Part shown: piece by piece, positions 19,702 through 29,483 of the stretch
How positions within the stretch are numbered: position 1 is the first letter of the stretch
How the letters are laid out: each line of letters begins with the position of its first letter
Origin: Syntrophomonas sp. DTU018
Lineage (GTDB): Bacteria > Bacillota > Syntrophomonadia > Syntrophomonadales > Syntrophomonadaceae
Direction of reading: 5' to 3'
DNA length: 64,000 bases
Assembly (NCBI GenBank): GCA_001513155.1
Contig: LFSR01000042.1
Coordinates: 16,961 to 80,960 of the forward strand
The notes under the pieces: model-generated
What the model was told of the DNA's origin: nothing
What the model saw: only the letters and a program-made list of their open reading frames with translations
Databases searched by the model: none
Made by a program: the position numbers and the translations under genes

Positions 19702-21759
19702 TTAGCGCAGTTTGGCTCCCAGTTTCTGCTCCAAGGCTTTTACTATATTATCCATTATATCCTTAACCTGGCTGTCTGTCAGGGTTCCTTCATCAGAACG
19801 GAAAGTCATGCGGAAAGCCAGGCTTTTAACCTCTTTGGGCAACTGGCCCCCGGTAAACAGGTCAAAGATCTGTACGTCCCGCAATAACGGGGCGCCGGCT
19901 TCGCGTATAGCATTAATAGCCTCAGCCGCCGCAGCATCCACGGGGAGGAGTACCGCCAGATCCCGCTCTACCGCGGGGAATCGCCCTATAGATTCTGTCA
20001 TGGCTTTTGGGACAGCATGTCGATATAGTTTTTCTACCTCCAGTTCTGTGAGCACCACCCGGTCTTTAATCTCAAAGTTATCCAATACCTGGGGATGAAC
20101 CTCGCCAATTATGCCCACTTCCTCCTCACCGCACTTGATAACAGCGGTGCGGCCGGGATGGAAACCGGGAACAACTGCTGCTTCGAACCTGACATCTTTC
20201 ACTCTTATCTGCCGGAATAGATCTTCCACCATACCTTTTAGGTAATAAAAATCCAACTCTGAAGAAGGTACTCTCCAGCTCATATCACTGCGCCCGGCTA
20301 CGGCAGCTCCCAGCTTGAGGACCTCCCGGGGAAGCTTGCCTTCACCGGGAATAAAAACTGCTCCCATTTCAAAGATAGCCGGGTTCTGATTGCGCCGGGC
20401 CAGGTTGCGGCTGACTGTCATAAGCAGACCAGGCATCAGCAGAGTCCGCATAACCCCCTGCTCCTCCGACAGCGGATTGGCTATTACCACCGCATTGCGG
20501 TGCCAGTCATTAGGCGGCAGCATAATGCGGTCAAACAGGTCCCGGTTAATAAAGCTGTAAGTGATAACCTCCCGCAGATGAGCACCCATGATATTGCGGA
20601 TGCAAGCCTGGAACTGCTGGTAGGGGGTCAAGCCTCCCACCGAAGCACCTGCTGGTAATTCCGTGGGTATAGCATTATAACCATGCAATCTGGCGATTTC
20701 TTCTATCAAGTCCACCTCAATCTGCAAATCCGGGCGGTAAGTGGGAACCGTTACAGATAGAACATCCTCATCCGGATTCGTTTCCACTTCAAAGGATAAC
20801 CTCTTTAGATAACCTGTTATCTCTTCAACGCTCAGTTGGGTTCCCAGCAGCTGATTAACCCGCTGAGGTCTCAATTGGATTGTTACAGGGGCCTGAGGCC
20901 GGGGGTAGGCATCACAAATGCCAGCCACCACCTCACCGCCCGCCAGTTCTTGAATCAGCTGGGCCGCCCTGTTGATGGCAAAGATAACACCGTTGATGTC
21001 AATTCCCTTTTCAAAGCGCATGGACGCGTCGGTGCGCAGGGCCAGTTTCTGCGAGGTGCGGCGAGTATTTATGGGATCGAAATAAGCAGATTCCAGCAAC
21101 ACAGTAGTGGTATTATCATTGATCTCCGTGTTCTGTCCTCCCATGACCCCAGCCAGAGCCACAGGTTTTTCTCCATCGGTGATCAGCAGCATGGGATCTT
21201 CCAAAACCCTTTCCACATCATCCAGGGTAGTGAATTTCTCCCCGTTATAAGCGCGGCGGACTACAATGCGTTTATTCTGCGAGAGCAAATCATAATCAAA
21301 AGCATGCAGGGGTTGATTGGCTTCCAGCATGATATAATTGGTGACATCTACTACATTGTTTATCGGCCTGATTCCCGAATGCAGCAGGGCTTTCTGCATC
21401 CACTCAGGAGAAGGCCCGATTTTAACGTTTTTTATTACCCGGGCTGCATAACGGCGGCACAGGTCAGGGTCTTCGATTTCCACCTTGATATAGCTGCTGA
21501 TATCCTCCGAGTTTTCCTGTATTCTGATTTCCGGTAAATGGACCGGATTGCCCGTTAAAGCGGCTACTTCCCGGGCCAGGTTGATGATCCCCAGGCAGTC
21601 GCCCCGGTTGGGAGTTAAATCCAGTTCCAGGACTTTATCTCCCTCAACCTCTTCTATACCTTCCACTGCAATCCCGGCCATGGTCAGAGCATCCGCCAAT
21701 TCTTCCGCTGACCAGGAAAAATCTATATATTTCTTCAACCAGCTGGTTGGTACTCCCAT
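19702..21759 (-). CDS. pheT: Phenylalanine-tRNA ligase beta subunit, short form (no OB-fold tRNA-binding domain)
   Basis: B1, B3/4, B5 and FDX-ACB regions are recognisable. 685 aa, with GIEEVEGDKVLELDLTPNRGDC joining B1 directly to B3/4. Confidence 0.9.
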   Translation of the reverse strand: MGVPTSWLKKYIDFSWSAEELADALTMAGIAVEGIEEVEGDKVLELDLTPNRGDCLGIINLAREVAALTGNPVHLPEIRIQENSEDISSYIKVEIEDPDLCRRYAARVIKNVKIGPSPEWMQKALLHSGIRPINNVVDVTNYIMLEANQPLHAFDYDLLSQNKRIVVRRAYNGEKFTTLDDVERVLEDPMLLITDGEKPVALAGVMGGQNTEINDNTTTVLLESAYFDPINTRRTSQKLALRTDASMRFEKGIDINGVIFAINRAAQLIQELAGGEVVAGICDAYPRPQAPVTIQLRPQRVNQLLGTQLSVEEITGYLKRLSFEVETNPDEDVLSVTVPTYRPDLQIEVDLIEEIARLHGYNAIPTELPAGASVGGLTPYQQFQACIRNIMGAHLREVITYSFINRDLFDRIMLPPNDWHRNAVVIANPLSEEQGVMRTLLMPGLLMTVSRNLARRNQNPAIFEMGAVFIPGEGKLPREVLKLGAAVAGRSDMSWRVPSSELDFYYLKGMVEDLFRQIRVKDVRFEAAVVPGFHPGRTAVIKCGEEEVGIIGEVHPQVLDNFEIKDRVVLTELEVEKLYRHAVPKAMTESIGRFPAVERDLAVLLPVDAAAAEAINAIREAGAPLLRDVQIFDLFTGGQLPKEVKSLAFRMTFRSDEGTLTDSQVKDIMDNIVKALEQKLGAKLR

Positions 21760-21770
21760 ACTCGCACCTC

Positions 21771-22793
21771 CTAAAATTGTTTCAAAAAGCGCAAGTCGTT
21801 ATCAAAGAACAAGCGCAGGTCATTAACACCGTATTTGAGCATAGCAATGCGTTCTATTCCCATGCCGAAGGCAAAACCGGACACTTTCTCCGGATCATAG
21901 CCGCCATACTCCAACACCCGGGGATGAACCATCCCGGCCCCCAGGATCTCCAGCCAGCCAGTGTGAGAACATACCCGGCAGCCTTCACCATTGCAGTGAA
22001 CACAGGAAATATCCATTTCCGCGCTGGGTTCCGTAAAGGGGAAGAAACTGGGACGATAGCGTACCTTGACTTGCTCCCCGAAAATTTTGCGGGCAAAAGT
22101 CATCAGTACCGCCTTCAGATGAGCAAAGGTTATATTGGTATCTACCAGCAAGCCTTCTACCTGGTGAAACATGGGGGAATGGGTGGCATCATCGTCTTTG
22201 CGGTACACTTTTCCCGGAACTATGATTTTTACCGGAAGCTGGGGTGCCATGGCTTCCATGGTTCTGACCTGCACCGGTGAAGTATGGGTACGCAGCAGTA
22301 CATCCTCATCTATGTAGAAGGAATCCTGCATATCCCGGGCAGGATGATCTTTAGGAATATTGAGAGCTTCAAAGTTGTAATAATCCAGCTCTACTTCGGG
22401 TCCCTCCGCCACAGAAAATCCCATACTTATAAAAATATCTTGAATTTCTTCCCTAATCTGGGTGAGAGGATGTTTGCCTCCTCTGAGCAAAGGAATACCA
22501 GGTAGGGTTACATCGATAGTCTCTGCCTCCAGTCGCTCATTCAAGACCTGTTTTTGCAGTTCTTCGTTTCTCTGCTGCAGCATGTTTTCCACACGCTCTT
22601 TTAGCTCATTAGCCACCCGGCCTACTTCCGCCCGCTGATCAGCGGACAGGTCTTTGAGCCCTCTTAATAGCTGGGTTAATTCTCCTTTGCGCCCCAGCAG
22701 CTTGACCCTTAAATCATTTAACTGGCCAATCTCATTGATTTCTTTTATTTGTTGCAGGGCTTTTCGTTCCAATTCGTTTAGTTTTTCTAACAT
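21771..22793 (-). CDS. pheS: Phenylalanine-tRNA ligase alpha subunit
   Basis: Class II motifs ([20 protein letters not shown]). ATG 22793 gives a 340-aa product; the tracked upstream extension covers the T-box terminator. Confidence 0.95.
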   Translation of the reverse strand: MLEKLNELERKALQQIKEINEIGQLNDLRVKLLGRKGELTQLLRGLKDLSADQRAEVGRVANELKERVENMLQQRNEELQKQVLNERLEAETIDVTLPGIPLLRGGKHPLTQIREEIQDIFISMGFSVAEGPEVELDYYNFEALNIPKDHPARDMQDSFYIDEDVLLRTHTSPVQVRTMEAMAPQLPVKIIVPGKVYRKDDDATHSPMFHQVEGLLVDTNITFAHLKAVLMTFARKIFGEQVKVRYRPSFFPFTEPSAEMDISCVHCNGEGCRVCSHTGWLEILGAGMVHPRVLEYGGYDPEKVSGFAFGMGIERIAMLKYGVNDLRLFFDNDLRFLKQF

Positions 22794-22811
22794 ACCACTC
22801 ACTCCCAACAG

Positions 22812-23055
22812 AAAATAAAAAACTTTCGCCCAAGGGACGAAAGTGTTTTTCCGCGGTACCACCCTAGTTAGCCTGAAAGCTCAGCTTTCAGGCTCCCTCT
22901 TCTCCGGTAACGGCGGTAACCGATAGAACCTACTGCTAGTTCAGTTCCCAGCTCCCAGGTGAATTCACCTGATCCTATCCCTGGCTGTACTTCCAGTCGC
23001 GGTACAGCCTCCCTGTAGGGCATCCTATCAGGCTACTTGTCCTGTTCATCGCATT
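22812..23055 (-). promoter_or_regulatory. T-box riboswitch leader, Phe specifier (UUC)
   Basis: Minus strand has a stem I start at TGCGATGAACAGGACAAGTAG. The specifier loop reads GAA-UUC-A (UUC at 22963-22961) and the T-box is GGGTGGTACCGCG (22852-22865). The terminator is ACTTTCGTCCC-TT-GGGCGAAAGT followed by TTTTTTATTTT. Confidence 0.9.
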
Positions 23056-23232
23056 TATAATATGAGACCTATTGAGTAATCAACATCTTATATAACAGAT
23101 AATATATGATGCAACCAGAACTCTCAAATAGCTGCCACAAGGCCTGGGCTGTGTCCACGCTAACGCCCACCCTTCCACCGTAATGTCTGGGGTCGGAATT
23201 AAAGTCATTATATCATACCGGTAAATTCTCCA

Positions 23233-24009
23233 TCAATTGGATACAGCTCGCTGCCGGCGAGCCTCTGCCATGATTATAGCACAGGAAACAGCCGCATTCA
23301 AAGAATCCACGGTGGGATTTATCGGAATAACCACTTGCTGCACCGACTGGTTCAGCCACATTTCATCCAACCCATGGGCCTCACTGCCAATGGCGCAGAT
23401 TACCGCTCCTTGCCAGTCAGCCTCATAAATGCTGGTGTGAGCCTTGGGCGTGGCAGCAATCATCCGGTAACCTCTGCTGAGCAATTGGTTTATCAAGTGG
23501 TGGTCCGCGTTGAATATGGGTACGTGCAGGACACCTCCCATAGTCGACCTGACCACCTTTGGGCTGAAAGGATCAGCCGAACCGGGAGTCAGCAAAATGC
23601 CGTCTACATCCATAGCCCAGGCAGTACGAATAATAGTCCCCAGATTGCCGGGATCGGATATGCGATCCAGGAGCAGCAGCAGGGACGAAGGTTTGCTCAA
23701 TATCTCCCCCTGATACTGGGGAATACGGGCTACCGCCACCACACCCTGGGGATGCTCCGTATCGGCCATAGCTTTGAGAATACTTGAGGTTACCTGATAA
23801 GTGTCTATTGGTAAATGATCAAATTCAAGAGGTACCGGATAATTCTCATCCAGAAAAACCCGCACTATCAGCTCCGGAGTTTTAAGGAGCTCCCTTAACA
23901 TTCGCTCTCCTTCAATGAGGAATGTTCCGGTCAACTGGCGGTATTTTTTTTGTTTTAGCTTAATCGCTTCTTTTACCAAAGGATTCTCGCGAGCAGTCAG
24001 GCGCAACAT
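23233..24009 (-). CDS. SpoU/TrmH-family RNA 2'-O-methyltransferase
   Basis: SpoU methylase C-terminal motifs (DPGNLGTIIRTA, IGSEAHGL, SLNAAVS). Position equivalent to the B. subtilis gene downstream of rplT. Confidence 0.8.
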   Translation of the reverse strand: MLRLTARENPLVKEAIKLKQKKYRQLTGTFLIEGERMLRELLKTPELIVRVFLDENYPVPLEFDHLPIDTYQVTSSILKAMADTEHPQGVVAVARIPQYQGEILSKPSSLLLLLDRISDPGNLGTIIRTAWAMDVDGILLTPGSADPFSPKVVRSTMGGVLHVPIFNADHHLINQLLSRGYRMIAATPKAHTSIYEADWQGAVICAIGSEAHGLDEMWLNQSVQQVVIPINPTVDSLNAAVSCAIIMAEARRQRAVSN

Positions 24010-24024
24010 TTTTTACCCCTATAC

Positions 24025-24053
24025 AAAAAGTATGGCTCGAAGCCATACTTTTT
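24025..24053 (-). terminator. Terminator after rplT
   Basis: AAAAGTATGGCT-CGA-AGCCATACTTTT perfect palindrome. Confidence 0.75.
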
Positions 24054-24073
24054 AGTTCCTGATTTAGCTTTTT

Positions 24074-24427
24074 CTAGCTATTCTTCTTGGCTAGTTCAGC
24101 CAGTTCCGAGAACCCTTTCGGGTCGCTTACTGCTAGTTCGGCCAGTATTTTACGGTTTATATCTACCCCAGCATTCTTTAGCCCGTGAATCATTCTGCTG
24201 TAGGTAGTCCCATTCTCGCGAGCGGCAGCATTTATACGGGCAATCCATAATTTGCGGAATTCACGTTTCTTGAGCTTACGATGAATGTAAGCATACTGTC
24301 CGGATTTCATGACCTGCTGATTGGCTACCCGGTACAGTTTGGATTTGCTGCCATAATAACCTTTAGCAGCTTTCAAAATCTTTTTATGTCTACGGCGGGT
24401 GGTTACCCCACGCTTTACCCTTGGCAT
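24074..24427 (-). CDS. rplT: 50S ribosomal protein L20
   Basis: [19 protein letters not shown]... canonical L20. Confidence 0.97.
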   Translation of the reverse strand: MPRVKRGVTTRRRHKKILKAAKGYYGSKSKLYRVANQQVMKSGQYAYIHRKLKKREFRKLWIARINAAARENGTTYSRMIHGLKNAGVDINRKILAELAVSDPKGFSELAELAKKNS

Positions 24428-24445
24428 ATCGTCAACCTCCTACTT

Positions 24446-24637
24446 TTACGGAATAAGCTTGGATATTCTTTTAGTTTCGGCAGCACTAACCAGGGCAGAC
24501 TTGCGCAGTCTCCGCTTGCGTTTGGGGGTCTTGTGTCCCAACAGATGGCTGGCATATGCCTTGGAACGCTTTATTTTTCCTGATCCAGTTTTCTTAAATC
24601 TCTTAGCTGCACCTCTATGGGTTTTGGTCTTAGGCAT
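24446..24637 (-). CDS. rpmI: 50S ribosomal protein L35
   Basis: [24 protein letters not shown] canonical L35. The start overlaps the infC stop (TGATG). Confidence 0.97.
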   Translation of the reverse strand: MPKTKTHRGAAKRFKKTGSGKIKRSKAYASHLLGHKTPKRKRRLRKSALVSAAETKRISKLIP

Positions 24638-25167
24638 CAGCCTTCCTCCTTCGATGGTTCATTTTTTGGTACCAGGATTGTCACCATATTTCGTCCCTCA
24701 ACCTTGGGAGGCTTTTCTACCGCAGAAACGTCGGAGAGTTCTTCCACCATTCGCAAAGATAACTTCTCTCCCAGTTCCGGATGTGTAATCTCCCGGCCCC
24801 GGAACATAATTGTCACTTTGACTTTGTCGCCGGAGCTAAGGAACCTACGGGCATTACGAGCCTTAACCAGGAAATCATGTTCATCAATATTAGGACGGAG
24901 TTTGACCTCTTTGACAGATATCACCTTTTGCTTCTTGCGCGCTTCTTTTTCCCGCTTGCTCTGCTCAAACTTAAACTTACCATAATCCATCAAGCGGCAA
25001 ACGGGAGGTTTGGCAGAAGGCGCGACCTCCACCAGATCCAATCCTCTTTCTTCCGCGATCTCCAATGCCTGGCTAATGGGGACGATACCCAATTGTTCTC
25101 CATCCTCACTGACCAACCGGACTTCTCGGGAGCGGATTTCCTCATTGACTCTCCAATCCTTGCTGAT
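24637..25167 (-). CDS. infC: Translation initiation factor IF-3, probable non-AUG (AUC) start
   Basis: [19 protein letters not shown] matches IF-3 N-termini. GGAGGTG lies 8 nt upstream of ATC at 25167; the tracked ATG at 25221 adds 18 non-homologous residues. Confidence 0.9.
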   Translation of the reverse strand: MSKDWRVNEEIRSREVRLVSEDGEQLGIVPISQALEIAEERGLDLVEVAPSAKPPVCRLMDYGKFKFEQSKREKEARKKQKVISVKEVKLRPNIDEHDFLVKARNARRFLSSGDKVKVTIMFRGREITHPELGEKLSLRMVEELSDVSAVEKPPKVEGRNMVTILVPKNEPSKEEG

Positions 25168-25184
25168 AAGAAGTTCACCTCCAG

Positions 25185-25347
25185 AATAAAATAAGCGAGC
25201 ATAAGCTCGCCTCACTCGCATTATCCTGTAATCCAGAAATGCGCTGGTATTAAACCATATACCTTACGAACCGGAGTTGTAAGGTGAGAAGCCAAGCTTC
25301 TGCTTAAATCCATACTGGAGTATAGCATACCATTTTTTATCTTGCAA
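25185..25347 (-). promoter_or_regulatory. infC operon promoter plus leader with attenuator hairpin (position of the L20 leader)
   Basis: TTGCAA (25347-25342)-17 nt-TATACT (25324-25319). The leader ends in GCGAGC-TTAT-GCTCGC + TTATTTTATT (25185-25211) just before the infC RBS. Confidence 0.5.
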
Positions 25348-25573
25348 GTATTTGCTAAAATCACTAGCTGTGAAAACCGCTATCGCGTCAGTACAAAAAA
25401 CAGCTGTATTGCCATTAGAGAAAGTGGTAATCTCTATGTCGATCTACAACAACCACGGTTTTGTAGGAGTATAGCCCGCTCGCTCCGTGACTCCTCGCCG
25501 GCTAATACTCCTGTTGAAGCCAGTCAGCGACTTTCTCATTCATATGACACAGAGAGCTTTCCCGAGGTTCCCT

Positions 25574-27484
25574 TTAATCGTAAGTTTTCTCCTTAATCTC
25601 TGTGGTAATCTTGGCAATAAAATCAGCCACGGGCACTGCACCCAGGTCACCCTGCTTGCGGTGGCGTACTGCCACTGTTCCCTGTTCAGCTTCTTTATCT
25701 CCAACAACAAGCAGGTAGGGTATTTTCTGCAGCTGGCCTTCCCTGATCTTATAGCCCACTTTCTCACTGCGGCTGTCCAATTCTGCCCGGATACCAGCCT
25801 CTATTAGTTTATCAAACACTTTTTGCCCATATTCATGATGGCGTTCGCTGATGGGCAGAACCCTGGCTTGTACCGGAGCCAGCCAAACCGGAAACGCCCC
25901 GGCAAAGTGCTCGGTCAGAATACCAATGAACCTTTCAATACTGCCGTATATCACCCGGTGGATCATTACGGGACGATGTTTCTCTCCATCCTCGCCTATA
26001 TAGGTAATGTCCAGGTTCTCCGGCATCAGAAAATCTAACTGAACTGTGCCGCACTGCCAGGTACGGTCCAGGGAATCCTGGAGATGAAAATCGATCTTGG
26101 GGCCGTAGAATGCACCGTCGCCCTCATTGACTTTATATTCCATGCCCTTTTCCTGCAGAGCCTGAATTAAGGCGTTGGTAGCCAGTTCCCAGATTTCGTC
26201 TGATCCCATGGCCTTTTCAGGTTTAGTGGACAGTTCCACATGATAGGGGAAGCCAAACAGCTTGTAAAAACGGTCTATCAGGTCAATAACACCTTTTATT
26301 TCATCAATAATCTGCTCAGGTAGCATGAAAATATGGGCATCGTCCTGGGTAAAGGCTCTAACCCTCATCAGCCCATGTAATACCCCGGATTTCTCATGCC
26401 GGTGCACCAGTCCCAGTTCACAATAACGCAGGGGCAATTCCTTGTAGCTGTGCAAAGACTGCTTGTAAGCCAGGAGCGCCCCCGGGCAGTTCATAGGCTT
26501 AACTGCATAATCTTCATCATCTATTTTGGTAAAATACATGTTTTCCTTATAATGATCCCAGTGACCGGATCTTTCCCACAATTCCCGGTTAAGGATAATC
26601 GGGGTTTTTATCTCCTGGTACCCCGCCTTGCGATGTTCTTCCCGCCAGAAGTTTTCCAGTTCATTGCGCAATATCATGCCCTTGGGCATGAAGATGGGGA
26701 ATCCCGGACCCTCATCAACGATGGTGAACAAGCCCAATTCCCTGCCCAAACGGCGGTGATCACGCTTTTTGGCTTCTTCCAGTTTGTTAATGTAGTCATC
26801 CAGCTGGGCTTTCTTGGGGAAAGAAGTAGCGTAAATCCTTTGCAGCATCGGATTTCTCTCATCCCCTCTCCAGTAAGCCCCAGCCAGATTCATCAGCTTA
26901 AAAGCTTTGATGCGGCCAGTGGAAGGCAGATGAGGCCCCGCGCACAAGTCGGTAAATTCACCTTGCTGGTAAATACTTATAACTGCATCTTCAGGCAGAT
27001 CCCTTATCAGCTCAACCTTATAATCCTCGTCCCGCTCTTCAAAAAACTTTATAGCCTCATCCCGGGGCAGTTCCCGGCGAATAATAGGCAGGTCTTCCTT
27101 GATGATTTTATCCATCTCCGCTTCAATGGCCGCAAAATCATCAGGAGTAAAAGTATGTTCCCCGTCAAAATCATAATAGAAACCTTTATCGATAGCCGGA
27201 CCAATAGCTAATTTGGTATCCGGCCACAGTCTCTTAACCGCCTGGGCCATTACGTGAGCCGAGGAATGTCTGTACACGGAAGCCCCGCGGGGATCATCAA
27301 ACTCTAATAGTTCTAAAGTGCCATCCTTTTCAACAGGACGGTTCAGGTCAGTAAGCTCGCCATTGAATAACGCTGCTACTGCATTTTTAGCCAGCTTGGG
27401 ACTTATGTCCTCCGCCACCTGCATTAATGTTGTTCCGGCAGGGTACTCCCGCACGCTTCCGTCTTGCAAAGTTATCTTCGCCAT
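25574..27484 (-). CDS. thrS: Threonine-tRNA ligase
   Basis: TGS domain, editing-domain HSSAH motif and class II core; 636 aa. Confidence 0.97.
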   Translation of the reverse strand: MAKITLQDGSVREYPAGTTLMQVAEDISPKLAKNAVAALFNGELTDLNRPVEKDGTLELLEFDDPRGASVYRHSSAHVMAQAVKRLWPDTKLAIGPAIDKGFYYDFDGEHTFTPDDFAAIEAEMDKIIKEDLPIIRRELPRDEAIKFFEERDEDYKVELIRDLPEDAVISIYQQGEFTDLCAGPHLPSTGRIKAFKLMNLAGAYWRGDERNPMLQRIYATSFPKKAQLDDYINKLEEAKKRDHRRLGRELGLFTIVDEGPGFPIFMPKGMILRNELENFWREEHRKAGYQEIKTPIILNRELWERSGHWDHYKENMYFTKIDDEDYAVKPMNCPGALLAYKQSLHSYKELPLRYCELGLVHRHEKSGVLHGLMRVRAFTQDDAHIFMLPEQIIDEIKGVIDLIDRFYKLFGFPYHVELSTKPEKAMGSDEIWELATNALIQALQEKGMEYKVNEGDGAFYGPKIDFHLQDSLDRTWQCGTVQLDFLMPENLDITYIGEDGEKHRPVMIHRVIYGSIERFIGILTEHFAGAFPVWLAPVQARVLPISERHHEYGQKVFDKLIEAGIRAELDSRSEKVGYKIREGQLQKIPYLLVVGDKEAEQGTVAVRHRKQGDLGAVPVADFIAKITTEIKEKTYD

Positions 27485-27512
27485 ATTTAAACCTCCTGCG
27501 TACCTCTTACCT

Positions 27513-28121
27513 CTAGTAAAACAGTATCATAATAACCATTTGCACTAAACCAATAATAAACCCCAGGACCCCGCCCAGGATCTCAATAGAGCGCAATTCT
27601 GTGGAAGCTACTCCTCGCACCATTTCTTCCAGTTGATCCAGGTCAAACTGGTTGATTTTATCTTCTACTATCTGCTTTATCTGAATCTCGGAGGTTAAGT
27701 ATTCCCGGACTGATTCTACCGCCTGGCTGATGATCTGACCGGCTTCCTGCCGTACCACCTTTTCCAAAGTATCACCAATCAGCTGTATAACCTTTCCAGG
27801 AATAATTCGCGGCAGCATACTGTCCAGCTTGGTCCGCATTACCTCGCTTACGGCAGCAACTAATCGCTCTCTTACTTCCGGGGTATTGACTTGGTCTATT
27901 ACTTCATCCAGGGACAGTAATTGCTCTTCAACCAATTGGCCTACATTGGCGGCAATATCGGCTTGTCTTTTCGGCAATACTCCCTGTAATGTAAAAAGGC
28001 CCAGATTAACAGGCTGTTTTGGCCAAAAGAGCAGTCGTATCGCCACTACATTAGTTATGTACCCAATTAATGCACTAATTAAGGGCAATGTCAGTAAAGC
28101 GTACACTTCTGCATCCACCAA
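27513..28121 (-). CDS. DUF445-like membrane protein
   Basis: GYITNVVAIRLLFWP N-terminal motif. TTG start with weak RBS; 28 nt upstream of thrS. Confidence 0.6.
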   Translation of the reverse strand: MVDAEVYALLTLPLISALIGYITNVVAIRLLFWPKQPVNLGLFTLQGVLPKRQADIAANVGQLVEEQLLSLDEVIDQVNTPEVRERLVAAVSEVMRTKLDSMLPRIIPGKVIQLIGDTLEKVVRQEAGQIISQAVESVREYLTSEIQIKQIVEDKINQFDLDQLEEMVRGVASTELRSIEILGGVLGFIIGLVQMVIMILFY

Positions 28122-28214
28122 TCTAATTTTACCTAATGAATATAGCAGATTTTGCTGTCACCCGCAATCACACCAGCCCTTTCTCCATGAAAAAAGGCTG
28201 CCTTGCGGCAGCCC

Positions 28215-28527
28215 CAGACTGTAAAAGAAGTCTGTTAGCGGTTCGACGTTCGAGATTGCCACGCCCCTCCGGGGCTCGCAATTGTCACCAGTAGAACAGG
28301 CCACGATAAACGAAAACTTAAGCCTGTCATCGCGAGGAGCGAAGCGACGTGGCGATCTGTTAACTCACACCGTTAGTTGCCATAGAGATTGCCACGCGCT
28401 ACGCGCTCGCAATGACACAATTGGGAGCTATTTTCACAGCAATGACACATAAGATGGCCTTTTGGTATGTCATCGCGAGGAGCGCAGCGACGTGGCGATC
28501 TCTTTTAGCAACTTTTTTGACACTCTC
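28215..28527 (+). mobile_element. 313-bp ORF-less element (expanded copy) flanked by a 20-bp duplicated hairpin
   Basis: Termini are CAGACTGTAAAAGAAGTCT ... TTTTTTGACACTCTC. Core units lie at 28252-28288 (+), 28325-28358 (-), 28385-28417 (+) and 28468-28502 (-). Flanking direct repeats AGGCTGCCTTGCGGCAGCCC occur at 28195-28214 and 28528-28547. Confidence 0.85.
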
Positions 28528-28565
28528 AGGCTGCCTTGCGGCAGCCCGGTATTTATGCTGCAATT

Positions 28566-29483
28566 TTAGGGTTGGGTGTTTTTGTTCAGGTGTTTGCGGC
28601 AGCGCTCGCATCCGCTGCACATGCGAATTTTATCTTTAAATACTCTTTTAATAGTCTCTACTGGCTCGTTGCCCAATTCCGCCACATTATGCAGTATAAT
28701 GCGGCGGGGAGAGATGGTTATCAATATACTGATCAAAACGTCGTCAAAATTGATTTCATTTAACAGCATGTCGTCCAGATAATAGCTCATATAGTTATCT
28801 TCAATCTTGATACCCTTTCCGTCCCACATGTTAAATACGCCATTTTCATCCATCATAATATTCACTTCTTGGATTTTGGGCACCTGGGTATCTACAAAAT
28901 AGCGCAGCAGAGTTACAAAGTCGTTGTATTCCTTTTCATTCTTCAGTTCTTCCATGGCCAGTTCTACAGCAAAGCGAATCTCAGTCAGGTAATCTTGCAG
29001 GCAAAAGTTTATGAATCCTTCCACAACCAACAGCTTATTATCATGAATGTAGTCCAAAACCCGGTGGGCAATCTTGTTTTTGCGGCCGTAGTTCATCAGT
29101 AAATTCAGGCTTTCATTTTCATTGCACCGGTTTAGGAACTGGACCGCCTTATCATATACAGTACGCTGTTCTTCCCCCGAGAGGCCCCGGCCAGATTTGC
29201 GGATTTCCTTTTTCACCAGCGTACTTTCCCATTCCAATAAAATGTGCTCTGCAATTAATTCCGACAGTTGATGTTTGAAGATATAAACAATATCTTCATT
29301 ACGAAAAATCTGATTATCATGATTTCCCCGTAATTGTATATCATAGGCTTCTCTGCCGTCTTCCAGTTGCTTTGACAGCATTGAAACGGAATAACCCTGC
29401 TCGCGGATCCATTTAAAACGCTGACTGATCATCTCAGGAAATGCAGTACCACTGGCCGTAGTTATTCGTAAATCATAGATCAT
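28566..29483 (-). CDS. ytxC: Sporulation protein YtxC-like
   Basis: Position upstream of thrS as in Bacillus. ATG 29483 is preceded by AGGAGG. Family assigned by eye. Confidence 0.6.
   Translation of the reverse strand: MIYDLRITTASGTAFPEMISQRFKWIREQGYSVSMLSKQLEDGREAYDIQLRGNHDNQIFRNEDIVYIFKHQLSELIAEHILLEWESTLVKKEIRKSGRGLSGEEQRTVYDKAVQFLNRCNENESLNLLMNYGRKNKIAHRVLDYIHDNKLLVVEGFINFCLQDYLTEIRFAVELAMEELKNEKEYNDFVTLLRYFVDTQVPKIQEVNIMMDENGVFNMWDGKGIKIEDNYMSYYLDDMLLNEINFDDVLISILITISPRRIILHNVAELGNEPVETIKRVFKDKIRMCSGCERCRKHLNKNTQP

Noticed and set aside
25360-25560. Possible eroded repeat copy between thrS and infC
   Set aside because: Only scattered 9-13 nt similarities are present, and no intact 12-mers. 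It is mentioned in a finding but not called as a feature.
28139-28167. TTGCGG-17-TATATT as the DUF445-thrS promoter
   Set aside because: The predicted start would fall inside the only RBS-like AGGT, leaving a leader of about 12 nt. It is too uncertain to list as a feature.
28399-28639. Tracked ORFs running through the repeat loci (28399-28620, 28412-28639, 28536-28763, 39215-39439, 48005-48274, 59336-59542, and the first 29 codons of 3647-6220)
   Set aside because: They are translations of the repeat units (recurring LAMT/RGNL/VIA-type peptides), lack RBSs, and overlap hairpins and duplicated terminators. They are spurious.
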